This document shows positions 49,150 to 60,986 of a DNA stretch of 64,000 nucleotides, piece after piece. Positions within the stretch are counted from its first letter, which is position 1, and each line of letters starts with the position of its first letter. The notes under the pieces were generated by a model, which did no database searches, was not told where the DNA came from, and saw nothing but the letters and a program-made list of their open reading frames with translations. The stretch lies in NCBI RefSeq assembly GCF_032444005.1, contig NC_091291.1, forward strand, positions 120,652,001 through 120,716,000, given 5' to 3'. The position numbers were made by a program, and so were the translations under genes. The stretch is from Ranitomeya imitator (taxonomy: Eukaryota).

Positions 49150-50215
49150 CGTTTACTAAATGTGACCACCACAGACTCTCACTTTACTGCTCCACTTTCT
49201 CCACAGGAGGCATATTTCCACCAAAAGACAACTCTAACCCATACCTTGTGGGGACCTTAAGATCCCCTGTTAGAAGACTTACTACTATCGGAAATAAATG
49301 TCACCCTGGGAAAGAGAACTTTGCGCCCAGTGGATCAATAATCTTTTGTGGTGGATTGGATCAGAGATTGTGATTATGCATGTGCCCTTTGTTTTTTCCC
49401 CATCCCTTGGCTGAGCTTGATGGACATTTGTGTTTTTCAACCTTATTAACTATTACAGGATGAAGGGCTTAATTCCTTCAATTCATCACATAAATTAATT
49501 TGGGTTAAAGAGAAGAACCATAAACTCCTCACCAGGGAGTAGAGGAGTCTGTTTTAACTCCTTCCCTTCTATCTCGGAGAAATGTAGGAGATGTGGGATG
49601 AGCAGAAGGACCATGCGTCATCTATGGTGGGACTGTCCAACATCGAAACCTTTCTGGAACATGGTATTCATTACTCACTGTAAAGTCAGTGATTGTCTTC
49701 CTCTAGCTACTCCTCAAATATCCCTACTCTCCATTATGCATGGCTCATTTAAATACCATTACGCCATTTTTTCAAGGAGTCATCCCCAGACAATGGAAGT
49801 CCACTGTTGTACCCAGAAAGTGAGAATAGTTCCAGGAACTCAGCTATGATACGGATGGAGGAGCTATTAGCAGAAGACACTTTGACTAATGACAAATTTT
49901 GGGTTCCTTGGCAGCCGCGGTTGTCATTCTAGGACTCCATAAAGTCCCACAAACGTCTTTCTTATTCACTTCATATCCCCCTCATTTTTTTTTTTACTTC
50001 TTTTCCATTTTCTTATTACAGGGTGTCTGGAGTAAAGGGCAAGCTTTTGATTATTCCTCTTAATTAGTAAATTGATGGTCAATGATTTATGACAAGTTAA
50101 TTTGATGTCTTGTAAGATTCTTTCCCCCTGGAGATTCTCGTTTATACTTTTTTTTTTTTATTAAAAAAAAAAAAAATATATATATATAAACATCAATAAA
50201 AACTTATAAAACATA
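49150..50215 (+). mobile_element. Degenerate L1-like LINE 3' fragment
   Basis: RCGMSRRTMRHLWWDCP Cys/His motif typical of the L1 ORF2 C-terminus, then RMEEL and an A-rich tail at ~50160-50215. Confidence 0.5.
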
Positions 50216-50574
50216 AAGAAGAACCCAAGACCATGCATTAGGTGGAGCTATCTTCAATCTTTTTATTGTTATTTTTTGGGGGGGCATGAATTTATGGTTT
50301 CGCCAGTCTAAAATGGCAGCAGGAGCATCGACAGTTTATCTAACCCACCTCTCTATGAAATAATCACATACGTCCAGCTGCAGGAATGGTAGAGCAGGAA
50401 TCATGCAAGTCTTTAGCGAGAGTGGATTTATTAGACATTAAATACCTGATGGTGGAGCTCGTTTGCCCGGTTAGGCTATAAATATGGTTAGATATTTTGT
50501 AATGTGTATTAAAGCGAGAAAATATTCCAGTTGTGGATTCATATTGTGTAATGCAAAGTTTTCATACGATTTAC

Positions 50575-50691
50575 CTTATGAAAGAGCTGATAGAGGACAC
50601 CCAGACGGCGCCCCAACCACAGCAGTACAATGGACACTAATGCTCCAAGGGCTGCACCCACAAGGTATATGCACTCACAACCGTGATCCAT
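50575..50691 (-). CDS. ILVBL: ILVBL coding exon 1 (ATG; N-terminal hydrophobic anchor)
   Basis: Acceptor CTCAG| at 50700; MDHGCECIYLVGAALGALVSIVLLWLGRRLGVLYQLFHK|GTAAA, homologous to human RLGLFYQLLHK; summed CDS is 1881 nt = 626 aa + stop. Confidence 0.92.
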
Positions 50692-51175
50692 TGAAGTGCC
50701 TGAGAAAAAAAAAAAAACGTCTTCATTAAATACGTACTTCCATTTTACTACTGCCTTTGTCTAGGCAAGTACAGATCCATCAGAACTTCTGCTTGGTTTT
50801 AATTTCTCGCTTTTTTTTTTCTTCCCCATCCAGCTTAGTATTAGGGTGTGTTTCCGCGGTCAAGAAACGCTGCGTGTTTGACGCTGCGTAGAGCGTCAAA
50901 CACGCAGCGCCAGATGTTACAGCATAGTGGAGGGGATTTCATGAAATCCCGTCTCCACTATGTGTTAAAAGACGCATGCTGCAGACCCGCGGAAACGGAC
51001 ACGCGGCGCGTCTTTTCTGAACGCAGCATGTCTGTTTACAATGCGGTGACACCGGAAACGTCACAATAGGAGATTCTAGTTCTCGGCGAAGCTTCGCTCA
51101 GACTGCATAATGCAAAGTTTTACATTTTGCCCTAAAGAACTTTTTCAGGACAGCATTGCACAATCCGAGACTTAC

Positions 51176-51470
51176 CGTAGAAGTGGATTTCAGCTCCTAA
51201 AGCCCCTGCAGACCGTCGACAATAGATATATCGTATTTACATGACATAAGGGTGTACGCATTCATCACACCATTGTCTGGTGCTCTTGAGGGACCTTCGG
51301 GCACCCACCAAGGACCCTGCCCCTTACCTGAGTCAAGCAGCAGCCTTGCAATGAAGGGGACTGGAATCACAGGCTTGTACTTCCTCCCTCTCCCCTGATC
51401 TTTACCCAGACATCCTCTCTGGCTGCTGCTCACGTGATCTCACAGATGTCACACACAACTCACTGCTGAG
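51176..51470 (-). promoter_or_regulatory. ILVBL: Candidate ILVBL promoter / non-coding first exon(s)
   Basis: Strong donors CAG|GTAAGG (51328) and ACG|GTAAGT (51176); palindromic E-box TCACGTGA at 51430-51437; repeat-poor island just upstream of the ATG exon. Confidence 0.4.
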
Positions 51471-52907
51471 ACAGCAAAAACAGCCGGTATTAATGGGGTT
51501 AAACATTGGGACTGGGACAGGGGTTACCCAAGGAGGAGCCGCATTATGATGCTCTTTTAACTCTTAGCATTCCAAGACGTACTGATTACAGGGGTCATTA
51601 GAGGTTACCGTTCTAATTCGTTTCCATAATGAGATTTTCTGGCATTTTTTTTTTTTTCATTACTTTTTTCCATGAGTTTTTTACAAGTTTTTTTTTTCAA
51701 CTGCAATTTTTGTTTCTTTTTGGTATGTCATATTTTAAATAAAACTGCTTTGGGTAAATATCTCCGGCGTTTTGAGAGAATCGCATGCGTTTTCTTATCT
51801 GTGTTTTTTCCTCATCTCATTCAACCCTACGAGGAAAATATGCAAATAAAAAGTATATTTACTACAAGAGATTGACTTGCAAATTTCACAATTGCACCTC
51901 AGGTCACTTTCTGCAGGGGGTAAAAAAAAAACATAGTGGGCGTGAAAATTATATTTATTCCATACACTTTACTGAGATGCTATGTTCACACATTGCGTTT
52001 TTGCTGCGGTTTTTTTCTGCAGCATTGCTGCGTATTTGCTGCATTTTGATTGTATTTTGTGCATGCTGATAAAGTGCCCCCCCAAAACCCCATGATACAA
52101 CTTCCTTAGTTTTTTGCATAAAAAATGCTGGAAAATCTGCTGTGTTTTTGCACTCACTCATTGTTTTCTATGGGACAAAAAATGCTTAGATAAGTGACAT
52201 GCTGCAGTTTTCAACAGTTTTCCAATTCAGTCAGGAAAAAAAAACTGTGTGCGTGAGATTTCTGAAATCTCATAGCTTTTGCTGGTAATGTAAAACGCAG
52301 CTTAAAATTTGCATAAAAAATCAGCAAAAAAAAGCACCAAAAATGCAACGTGGGAGCATAGTCTAAGGCTATGTTCACACTTTTTTTTTTTCCGAGTTTT
52401 TTTATGCAATTTATTTCGTAACATTTTTTGAGACCCATTACATTTTAGTTTTTTAGTTTTTCATCGATGGAGCTGTGTGACGTCTTGGTTTTTTTGTGAC
52501 TTGAGCTGACGTTTTTATTGATATCATTTTAGGGCACATAGGAATTTTTGATATCTTTTAATTGCATTTTTGGTGCAGCAATTAAAAAATGGCAATTCTA
52601 GCATCCTGATTTTTTTTTGGGGGGGGGGGGCATTTAATGTATGGTTTAATCATTTTATATTTTGATAGATTGCACTTTTTGGGTCACGTTGATGCCAAAT
52701 ATTTGCATTTTTTTTTTATTTCAAAGTGACAGAAGGGGGCGAGTTAAGTTTCTATATATTTCATATACCGTATGTATTTTTAATTTTGACTTTTTAGTCT
52801 CTGTAGGGAGCTTTGAACCTGTGATCATCCTATCGCTTATGCGCAGCTGTGAAAATCGCAGTCTCCTATTAAGCCCAGCCTGTAGCTGAACTTCACAAGA
52901 GAACTAA

Positions 52908-53326
52908 GGCTACTTTCACACTAGCGTCGTTCGACTCACGTCACAATGCGTCGTTTTGAAGAAAAACGCATCCTGCAAAGTTGCCTGCAGGATGTGTTTT
53001 TTCTCCATAGACTTTCATTAGCGACGCATTGCGACGGATTGCCACACGTTGCATCCATCGTGCGAAGGATGCGACGTGTTTTTGCAGTCCGTCGGGACAA
53101 AAAAACGTTGCTTGCAACGTTTCTTTATCTGTCGGGTCGGCTTTTTCCGACTGCGCATGCGTGGCCGGAACTCCGCCCCCTCCTCCCCGGACCTTACAAT
53201 GGGGCAGCGGATGCATTGTAAAACTGCATCCGCTGCCCCCATTGTGATTTTACTTCACAGCTTGCGTCGGTACGTCGGCCCGACGCACTGCGACGGGCCC
53301 GTACCGACGCTAGTGTGAAAGTAGCC
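52908..53326. mobile_element. PIF/Harbinger-like MITE
   Basis: TAA|GGCTACTTTCACACTAGCGTCG...CGACGCTAGTGTGAAAGTAGCC|TAA. Confidence 0.9.
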
Positions 53327-53454
53327 TAAGATGGCAGTGACTTGGGCCTTCTACAGGCTCCCAGCTGCCATGGTAACGTTTCGTTTCCCTGTGATTGTGT
53401 ACACCAGCAATGGTGTCTTTTAACTGCCCCTTTCAGACACTGACAAACATTTAA

Positions 53455-53782
53455 AGGGAACCTGTCACCTGAATTTGGCGGGACTGGTTTTGGGTCATAT
53501 GGGCGGAGTTTTCGGGTGTTTGATTCACCCTTTCCTTACCCGCTGGCTGCATGCTGGCTGCAATATTGGATTGAAGTTCATTCTCTGTCCTCCGTAGTAC
53601 ACACCTGTGCAAGGTAAGATTGCCTTGTGCATGCATGTACTATGGAGGACAGAGAATGAACTTCAATCCAATATTGCAGCCAGCATGCAGCCAGCGGGTA
53701 AGGAAAGGGTGAATCAAACACCCGAAAACTCCGCCCATATGACCCAAAACCAGTCCCGCCAAATTCAGGTGACAGAGTCCCT
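53455..53782. mobile_element. Fully palindromic T2/Kolobok-type MITE
   Basis: TTAA|AGGGAACCTGTCACC...GGTGACAGAGTCCCT|TTAA; arms complementary over ~150 bp. Confidence 0.9.
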
Positions 53783-55863
53783 TTAAGTGGTCAAACCACA
53801 GAGAACCGAAAAAGTTGTGGTCGCTGTAGTTACAGGCAGATGCCGGCTGTATGAAACAGCCGGCATCTGCATGGTATGGGCACATTCACACATTCATTAT
53901 TTGGTCAGTATTTTACCTCAGTATTCGTAAGCTAAAACCAGGAGTGGAACAATCGGAGGAAAAGTATAATAGAAAAACATCTCCCCACTTCTGTATTTAT
54001 CACCCACTCCTGGTTTTGACTTATAAATACTGAGGTAAATACTGACCAAATACTGCTAGTGTGAATGTGGCCTATGAAGCAGGATCAGCTCCTGACCTGG
54101 TGTCATAGTTACCTTAGTAACCTATAACAAAATGGACATCATAGGTCTTTATGGAGTTATTGGAGAGGTCTTTCAATGTTCTGAGAGGATGGTCTTGAGT
54201 GGATATCTACATGTATCTGCTCATGTGGACAAGTGTCGGAGCGGCCTTTACATTGCATGTATTATACTGGGCCATAAAATGGACCAAAGTAGTGCATGCT
54301 GCCATTTTTTTTTTACACGCAAACCATTAGTTCATGTGGATAATCGTCCACGTTTACTGGTTCATTGGCTATAATGGGTGCATGGCCTCTCCATGTGTGG
54401 TCCTTGATACGCTGGTTTGAATGAGCACTAGAACAGACCTGTGTGAAACTAACCAAGGCACCATTCAGACCTGTTTGTACAATAGACCATTTTTCATCAG
54501 TGTGCTGAATTCAATTTTCACGCATTTTGTTTTTCCCATGCATCCATTTTTCTTGTATACAGAAAATAAAAATCAAACTTTTCGTGCCCATGTAATAGTA
54601 AAAAAAAGATGATACATGGATGGCATCCACGTGCTCTGTGTTTCTCATAAACCCATTGATTTGAATGGGCGACCCGTGACACAGAAATGTCTAAATTTTT
54701 TTTTTATTGACACCCAGTCCACAAAAAAAAACCCCGGACATGGACTATAATCAGATAACGATTTGTGGAAAAACTCAGAACGTATGCTTGAAAGGCGGAC
54801 ATCTTAATGAGGCCTTATTATTCAATCACATGGCCACAGTAATAAAGACTATGACTGGAGCAGTGGAGGTTAGTTAAGGGGAGGGTGATTAAAGATCTTC
54901 TTAATTTTTTTTTGCTAATTTGTTTTTTAAACCGCAGCCAGGAGTCAAGAGGTTTTCTAAAATCGTAAATCCAAATTAAGCCTTTTTCTGAGCAAAAAAA
55001 TAGAGCTACAATTCAGGGATGTGAATTATTGATCATGCTTTAGTCAGTCATTGTGAAACCTTGGCACAGTCAGACAGCTGTATAAATCAGAGCGAGACTG
55101 GCTGACGGCTCTCCCTCCTTGAGTGTGACAGCTTCATGCATTTCTATGCAGCTGTCACACTTGGGTTGGGAGAGCCGCCAGCCAGTCCGTGCACTGCGTT
55201 CCGAATTCGGTCCAATTTATACAGCCGTCTCACTGCGTTGTAAAGAGGACATGCTCATAGGATAATCCTTGGCTGAGAAGTCATTAGTTGGATAGGCATC
55301 TACCATGCACATACCATGATGCTGGGATCATTGTTTCTCGAGAGCAGCGTGGACTTGGATCCTATTGAAATCGGTAGGATCTATTGGGAGTTTACACTTA
55401 CGAGGCCTCCGTATGATAAGCCCCAGATTCCTAAGTTTCCAGAACCATACAGTATCTTTGGTGGTCAATATTACTCATTAACGCAGGGACAATATAATTT
55501 ATGTCTACAGGATGGACTCTATCCTTTGACTGTCGTACATGTGCTAAAGAACAGATAAGGAATCAATGGACGCTTATTAAAACTACCAGGACTTTGAGCC
55601 AAGTATCCCAGCAATGTTTGAAAAATCAATGGCCCGGAAGGCTACATTACTATGACGAGCTTTTGGTGAGATTTTGATGTTGCAGATTTTCTGCACCCAA
55701 TAAGTAAAATAGGTTACATGCATTCTTTGAAAATACAAAGCGTCAAAAACTCACCAAAAGCTCATTGTGGGAACGTAACCTAACATTCAGCATCTGTTTA
55801 CGTCCCTCCACCCAAGTACTGAAAATGGGGAGGACAAGTGCTGGTCTCTCTGGATGACAGTAA

Positions 55864-56285
55864 GGGTACTTTCACACTAGCGTTTTTTGTAAATCCGTCA
55901 CAATGCGTCGTTTTGCAGAAAAAACGCATCCTGCAAAAGTGCTTGCAGGATGCGTTTTTTCCCCATAGACTTCTATTGGCGACGCATTTGCAACGGATTT
56001 GCACACTTCGCATCCGTCTTGCGACGGATGCGTCGTGCTTTGGCGGACCGTCGGGAAAAAAAAACCCTACATGTAACGTTTTTTTCTCCCGACGGACCGC
56101 TTTTTCCGACCGCGCATGCGCGGCCGGAACTCCGCCCCCACCTCCCCGCACCTTACAATGGGGCAGCGGATGCGCCGGAAAAATGCATCCGCTGCACCCA
56201 TTGTGCAAAGCGTTAAACGCTAGCGTCGGAATCTCTCCCCGACGCATTGCGACGGGGAGATTCCGACGCTAGTGTGAAAGAAGCC
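55864..56285. mobile_element. PIF/Harbinger-like MITE, same family as 52908-53326
   Basis: TAA|GGGTACTTTCACACTAGCG...CGCTAGTGTGAAAGAAGCC|TAA. Confidence 0.9.
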
Positions 56286-56395
56286 TAAGACTTTTCACTC
56301 CATTTACCATAGTCTTTCCTTTGAACAAAGATGTGTAGAATGGTTTTTTGGACCTGTAGTTATGGACTACCTGTTTGAGCTAGGTGTTTCATTTA

Positions 56396-56853
56396 CAGTG
56401 GGAAAAACAAGTATTTGATACACTGCCAATTTTGCACGTTTTCCCACCTGCAAAGAATGGAGAGGTCTGCAATTTTTATCATAGGTACACTTCACCTGTG
56501 AGAGACAGAAACTAAATAAAAAAGAAAATCACATTGTATGATTTTTACATAATTAATTTGCATTTATTGCATGAAATAAGTATTTGATACAATAGGAAAG
56601 CACAACTTAATATTTGGTAGAGTAACCTTTGTTTGCAATTACAGAGGTCAGAAGTTTCCTGAGGTTCTTGACCAAGTTTGCACACACTGCAGCAGAGATT
56701 TTGGCCCACTCCTCCGTACAGATCTTCTCAAAATCTTTCAGGTTTCAGGGCTGTCAGTGGGCACCATTGAGTTTCAGCTCCCTCCAAAGATTTTCTACTG
56801 GGTTCAGGTCTGGAGACTAGTTAGGCCACTCCAGAACCTTGAAATGCTTCTTA
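56396..56853 (-). mobile_element. Tc1 transposon 3' end fragment
   Basis: TA|CAGTGGGAAAAACAAGTATTTG TIR; minus strand reads KVLEWPN*SPDLNPVENLW...[11 protein letters not shown]. Confidence 0.8.
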
Positions 56854-57310
56854 CAATGGGTGGGGTTTGTGATGCGCTTCCGGCATGAGCATGTTAAAGC
56901 CCACACTCACCTCCCGTGCTAGAGCGGTTCCGGCGGTGTTGGCACTCACGGTCTCGGGGCCAAAATGCAGTGAAATGACACGTAAAACCCGGCGCCCAAT
57001 CAGCGCTGGTGTCACTGACTCAGTCTTCGGACAAACTAAACATGAAGAGGAAGTCCAGGCTGCAGCTGATCCCTGGCTTCCTCTTCATGTTCAGCTCATT
57101 GCTCAAGGCAAAGGCCGAAAGTGAGTGACGCCAGCACTCACTGGGCGCTGGTGTCACGTGTCGCAAGACCGCATCACAGCCCCGGAGAGAGCGAGTGCTG
57201 ATACTGCATGAACGAAGCCATCATGAGAGGCAAGTTTAGGCTTTATTACTTTATCGGGGCCAGACATTTAGTTTAAGAAGGGGTTGTCCTAGTAGTGGAC
57301 AACCCATTAA

Positions 57311-58148
57311 AGGGAACCTGTCACCCTGTTTTTTCAAGACGAGCTAAAAATAGCGTTAAATAGGGGCAGAGCTGTGCTTTACATTAGTGTATTTTGGAGC
57401 CTTTATTCCCCACCTATGCTGCCGAAATACCTTTGTAAAGTTGCCGTTTTGGGCTGTCACTCACGCTGGTCAGGTCATATGGGCGTGGTGACAGCGCTGT
57501 TTCTCCCCCAGATCTCCGTTGTGGCGTAGTGGTGTGCGCATGTCCAAGTGGCGAATCCACTGCGCAGCTTCAAGGAAAATAGCGCGATCTGCGCTATTCA
57601 GCCGTTTATCGGTGGGCGCGGCCATCTTTGTGAGGCCGCGCGTGCGCAGATGGTTCTTGTCGGCTTCCCGAGGCTTCAGGAAAATGGCCACGGGATGCCG
57701 CGCGTGCGCAGATGGAGATCGCGGCGGCCATTTTCCTGCAGTCGAGATGCGAACGCGCGGCATCCCGCGGCCATTTTCCTGAAGCCCCGGGAAGCCGAGA
57801 AGAACCATCTGCGAATGCGCGGCCTCACGAAGATGGCCGTGCCCACCGATAAACGGCTGAATAGCGCAGATCGCGCTATTTTCCTTGAAGCTGCGGAGTG
57901 GATTTACCACTTGGACATGCGCACACCACTACGCCACCAACGGAGATCTGGGGGAGAAACAGTGCTGTCACCACGCCCATATGACCTGACCAGCGTGAGT
58001 GACAGCCCAAAACGGCGACTTTACAAAGGTATTTCGGCAGCATAGGTGGGGAATAAAGGCTCCAAAATACACTAATGTAAAGCCCAGCTCTGCCCCTATT
58101 TAACGCTATTTTTAGCTCTTCTTGAAAAAACGGGGTGACAGGTTCCCT
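57311..58148. mobile_element. 838-bp near-perfect palindromic T2/Kolobok-type MITE
   Basis: TTAA|AGGGAACCTGTCACCC...GGGTGACAGGTTCCCT|TTAA; arms complementary over ~400 bp. Confidence 0.92.
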
Positions 58149-59191
58149 TTAAGTGGCGCTGTCAGAGACTGATAGTGGCATTTAACATGTTAACAGCCGC
58201 GGGTGGATCACGATTCCACCTGTGGCTGTTAGGGACATATGGCAGCTGATCAAATCAGCTGTCATGTGCGTGAAAAGATGCGGGTTTAGCGATGGAGCAT
58301 GCATCAAATTCCGGGACACGACTTATGACATAGCAATACGTGATAGGTCAAGAAGGGACCCTCCTGATTGGGTACACCTTGTCGCGGTGGGATGGCGTTA
58401 ATGCTTTGTTTGATCAAAATAGTTTTAATTAAGTACAATATGTTATTTACATGTACTACTATTATTTACTTACTACAGAGTATATGCTCATTTTGTTATT
58501 TTTCGGGTTTTATTTCCAAGCATTTCTGAAGCTATTTTTCTAAAGCATGTTTTTTTAGCCGGACCCCTTCCAAAAAACCTTGTGTGTACAGGGGCCCCCT
58601 GACTCCACCAACAGCTGATATTGGGAGAAAAAAAACGATCAGACATATTGAATTTCATTACGAGCTCATTTTAGCCTTTGAACCTTTTCACATATCTCTC
58701 TTTGTTTACAGAACGATGGTCCAGGAACGATGGTCCCCCAAAAAAAAAAAAAAAAAAAATGTCTGAGCTCGGTCCAATTTGTTGGTCTGCTAAAAATGAC
58801 AGACAGCACATCTATGCTGCCTAATGCAAGAGGACGGCGTGGGATCACATATGGATGGTACAATCGGACCAAAAACAAATTAAGACTAGTTCCAGCTCAG
58901 TAAGTCTGTCCACCTTTTGCATGAGAAAAAAAAAAAAACAACAAAAAACCGATGTATGAATTTGGCCATAATCAAGTTCGTGAGAATTAACTCCTCTTTC
59001 CAGAATAATCTTCTGAATTGATTTGCTTGTAAAGCGCTGCGGAATACGTTGGCGCTATATAAATAAAATTATTATTATTATTATCATCCGCTATCTTACA
59101 ATACAGTTATCGACTGAATGAAAATTGTTGTAAACGCATTTAATTCATATAAAAATGTGCAAAGGTATCCAAAAAATAAAACACAACTGTA

Positions 59192-59387
59192 TCAGATATG
59201 ATCCAATGCCATTATCGCAGCGGCGTAGTCGTACATCTTTCTGTAGCCAACATTTAACTCTTCAGGGTACGGTAAGAATTCTTGTACATGTTTGACCACG
59301 CACGCGGGGATCAGCTTGTACTTGCGAAAGTTCAGAAAGCCGTGGGCCCAGACTACAAAGGTTCTATAGGACGTCCGCCTTAGCTTG
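59192..59387 (-). CDS. Last exon of a stand-alone P2X7-ballast/KolX-like protein
   Basis: TTGCAG|C AAG: (H)KLRRTSYRTFVVWAHGFLNFRKYKLIPACVVKHVQEFLPYPEELNVGY..*, resembling P2X7 LRHCAYRCYATW...LPSCCRWRIRKEFP...YSGF. Confidence 0.8.
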
Positions 59388-59536
59388 CTGCAAGAAAGCA
59401 AAAAAAATAATAAAAAGACAGATTAGAAACTAAACTTTCAACACTAAAGGAATAAGTAATGGTTTTTTAACCTCTTTTATGGACCAACATTGGTTAACCG
59501 TTTGGCCTTTTATTCAATTGTATAGGTAAAATCCGG

Positions 59537-59690
59537 NNNNNNNNNNNNNNNNNNNNNNNNNNNNNNNNNNNNNNNNNNNNNNNNNNNNNNNNNNNNNNNN
59601 NNNNNNNNNNNNNNNNNNNNNNNNNNNNNNNNNNNNNNNNNNNNNNNNNNNNNNNNNNNNNNNNNNNNNNNNNNNNNNNNNNNNNNNNNN
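59537..59690. other. Assembly gap (N run)
   Basis: 154 Ns, inside the intron of the ballast-like gene. Confidence 1.
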
Positions 59691-60041
59691 CAGACTATAG
59701 GCATTACAGATGAAAAATCGTCTTTATTTTTTTCTGGTCAAAAACCAAGCTATTTTGCATTCTCTGGATCTGGCCTAAAGCTCACGACATGCTATGCAAT
59801 ATTCCACCGTAGATAGGCTAATAACTTTCTTAAATAATTGTTGCATACTCTTAAGCTGTTAGAAGTATTTAGTTTGTATTGGTTTTGTGCTTTTTATTTT
59901 AAAGCAAAAGAAGTATGAGTTAATTTACTAATGGCAAGTAAAGACCTCGAAAATTAAGGAATTTACACATAAGTGTGTCACAAAACTAGAATTAAATATT
60001 GCAGCAAAAACCTATATGGCGATAACGTAACTAATACTTAC

Positions 60042-60397
60042 TGAAGATAATACAGAACATCATTTTTTCTCTTAATTTTGCCTAAGAAACGATAAAGGAA
60101 ATCAAGACGGTCCTTGTCTAAACACATCTCCTGAAAGGATGGATGCTTCGTGATACACAGGCGCTCTTTGTTAAGCTGCGGGAGAAGTACGGAAATCTCG
60201 TGGCAACATATGGACTCTTCCAAGGTAGACATGACGCAGCAGTGGCCACATTTACACCAACTGGTGTTTCTTATATCACGTCTGATATCCGGGATTGCGG
60301 GAAGTTCTTCCTTTACTCCTTGATGGTTTGTAGGATCGAACATAAAATTGGCCTGTGCTTGAGATGGTTTTTCCATGCCTTCCAGGACCCGGATACG
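60042..60397 (-). CDS. Middle exon of the P2X7-ballast/KolX-like protein (Cys-rich Zn-binding region)
   Basis: TTCACAG|CGT...WCKCGHCCVMSTLEESICCHEI...CITKHPSFQEMCLD...YYL CA|GTAAGT; 356 bp, phase 0 to 2. Confidence 0.85.
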
Positions 60398-60858
60398 CTG
60401 TGAAAAAATAAAAATTTGAATATATAACTCTATATACGGAGTGGTTTTTTTTTCTGCACCAAAACCAAGAATAGTGGCAAGAAGAACTTGGCTCAGGTTC
60501 ATTTTAATGAGTGAAAAGCACTGCAAAAAAAAACAAAAAAAAAAAACATTGAAAGGATTAATATACTGCATCTTGGCAAAAACGTAGCAGGAATCAAAAT
60601 ACGGGGGAGGATAAAAAAAAAAAAAACTGTGTGCATGAGATTTCAGAAATCATCTAATTAATTTTTAATTAGTGGGGGTCTGTCACCCACCACCCCCATT
60701 ACATTGCAGTGTGTCCTACTAATCATCAGAGGCACTGGGGATGCTGGCGGGTAGTAGGAGGTTCACCGGGCTCTGGTCTGGGGGCCACATACTACCACCG
60801 TGGCTTCTGGACCAGGGTCCTGCAAATCTTATACAGCTATTTCCAAACTTTCACCTAC

Positions 60859-60939
60859 CCTGGCTTCTCTTTCTCGTAAACTCAGAATATCACCATGAAC
60901 TTGTGGACCAAATTTCCTCTTCTTTGCTTCCGTTTCCAG
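60859..60939 (-). CDS. Upstream internal exon of the P2X7-ballast/KolX-like gene (5' part lies beyond the DIRS, outside the window)
   Basis: CCTTTTTAG|CTG: LETEAKKRKFGPQVHGDILSLREREAR|GTAGGT; 81 bp, phase 0-0, in frame with the next exon. Confidence 0.6.
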
Positions 60940-60986
60940 CTAAAAAGGGTAAAAGAAAAAGTTTAACAAACTTAAGTTAAAAAGAA

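Noticed and set aside
22037-50691. Bacterial acetolactate synthase by horizontal transfer or contamination
   Set aside because: Fifteen GT-AG exons, an N-terminal hydrophobic anchor and colinearity with vertebrate ILVBL.
55316-55620. Repeat-poor patch with an 80-aa ORF
   Set aside because: No frame on either strand resembled a known protein and no consistent exon boundaries were found.
57470-58045. Mirror-image ORFs on both strands
   Set aside because: Artefact of a GC-rich palindromic MITE; same for ORFs at 52941-53318 and 55798-56272.
60398-60571. N-terminal extension of the 177-aa ORF (MQYINPF...)
   Set aside because: It runs through T-rich polypyrimidine tracts upstream of a clear acceptor at 60398, so it is intronic read-through.
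59192-60939. Calling the gene P2RX7
   Set aside because: Only the cytoplasmic ballast-like region is present, and the upstream exon does not resemble P2X TM2 or C-cys anchor sequence; no symbol assigned.
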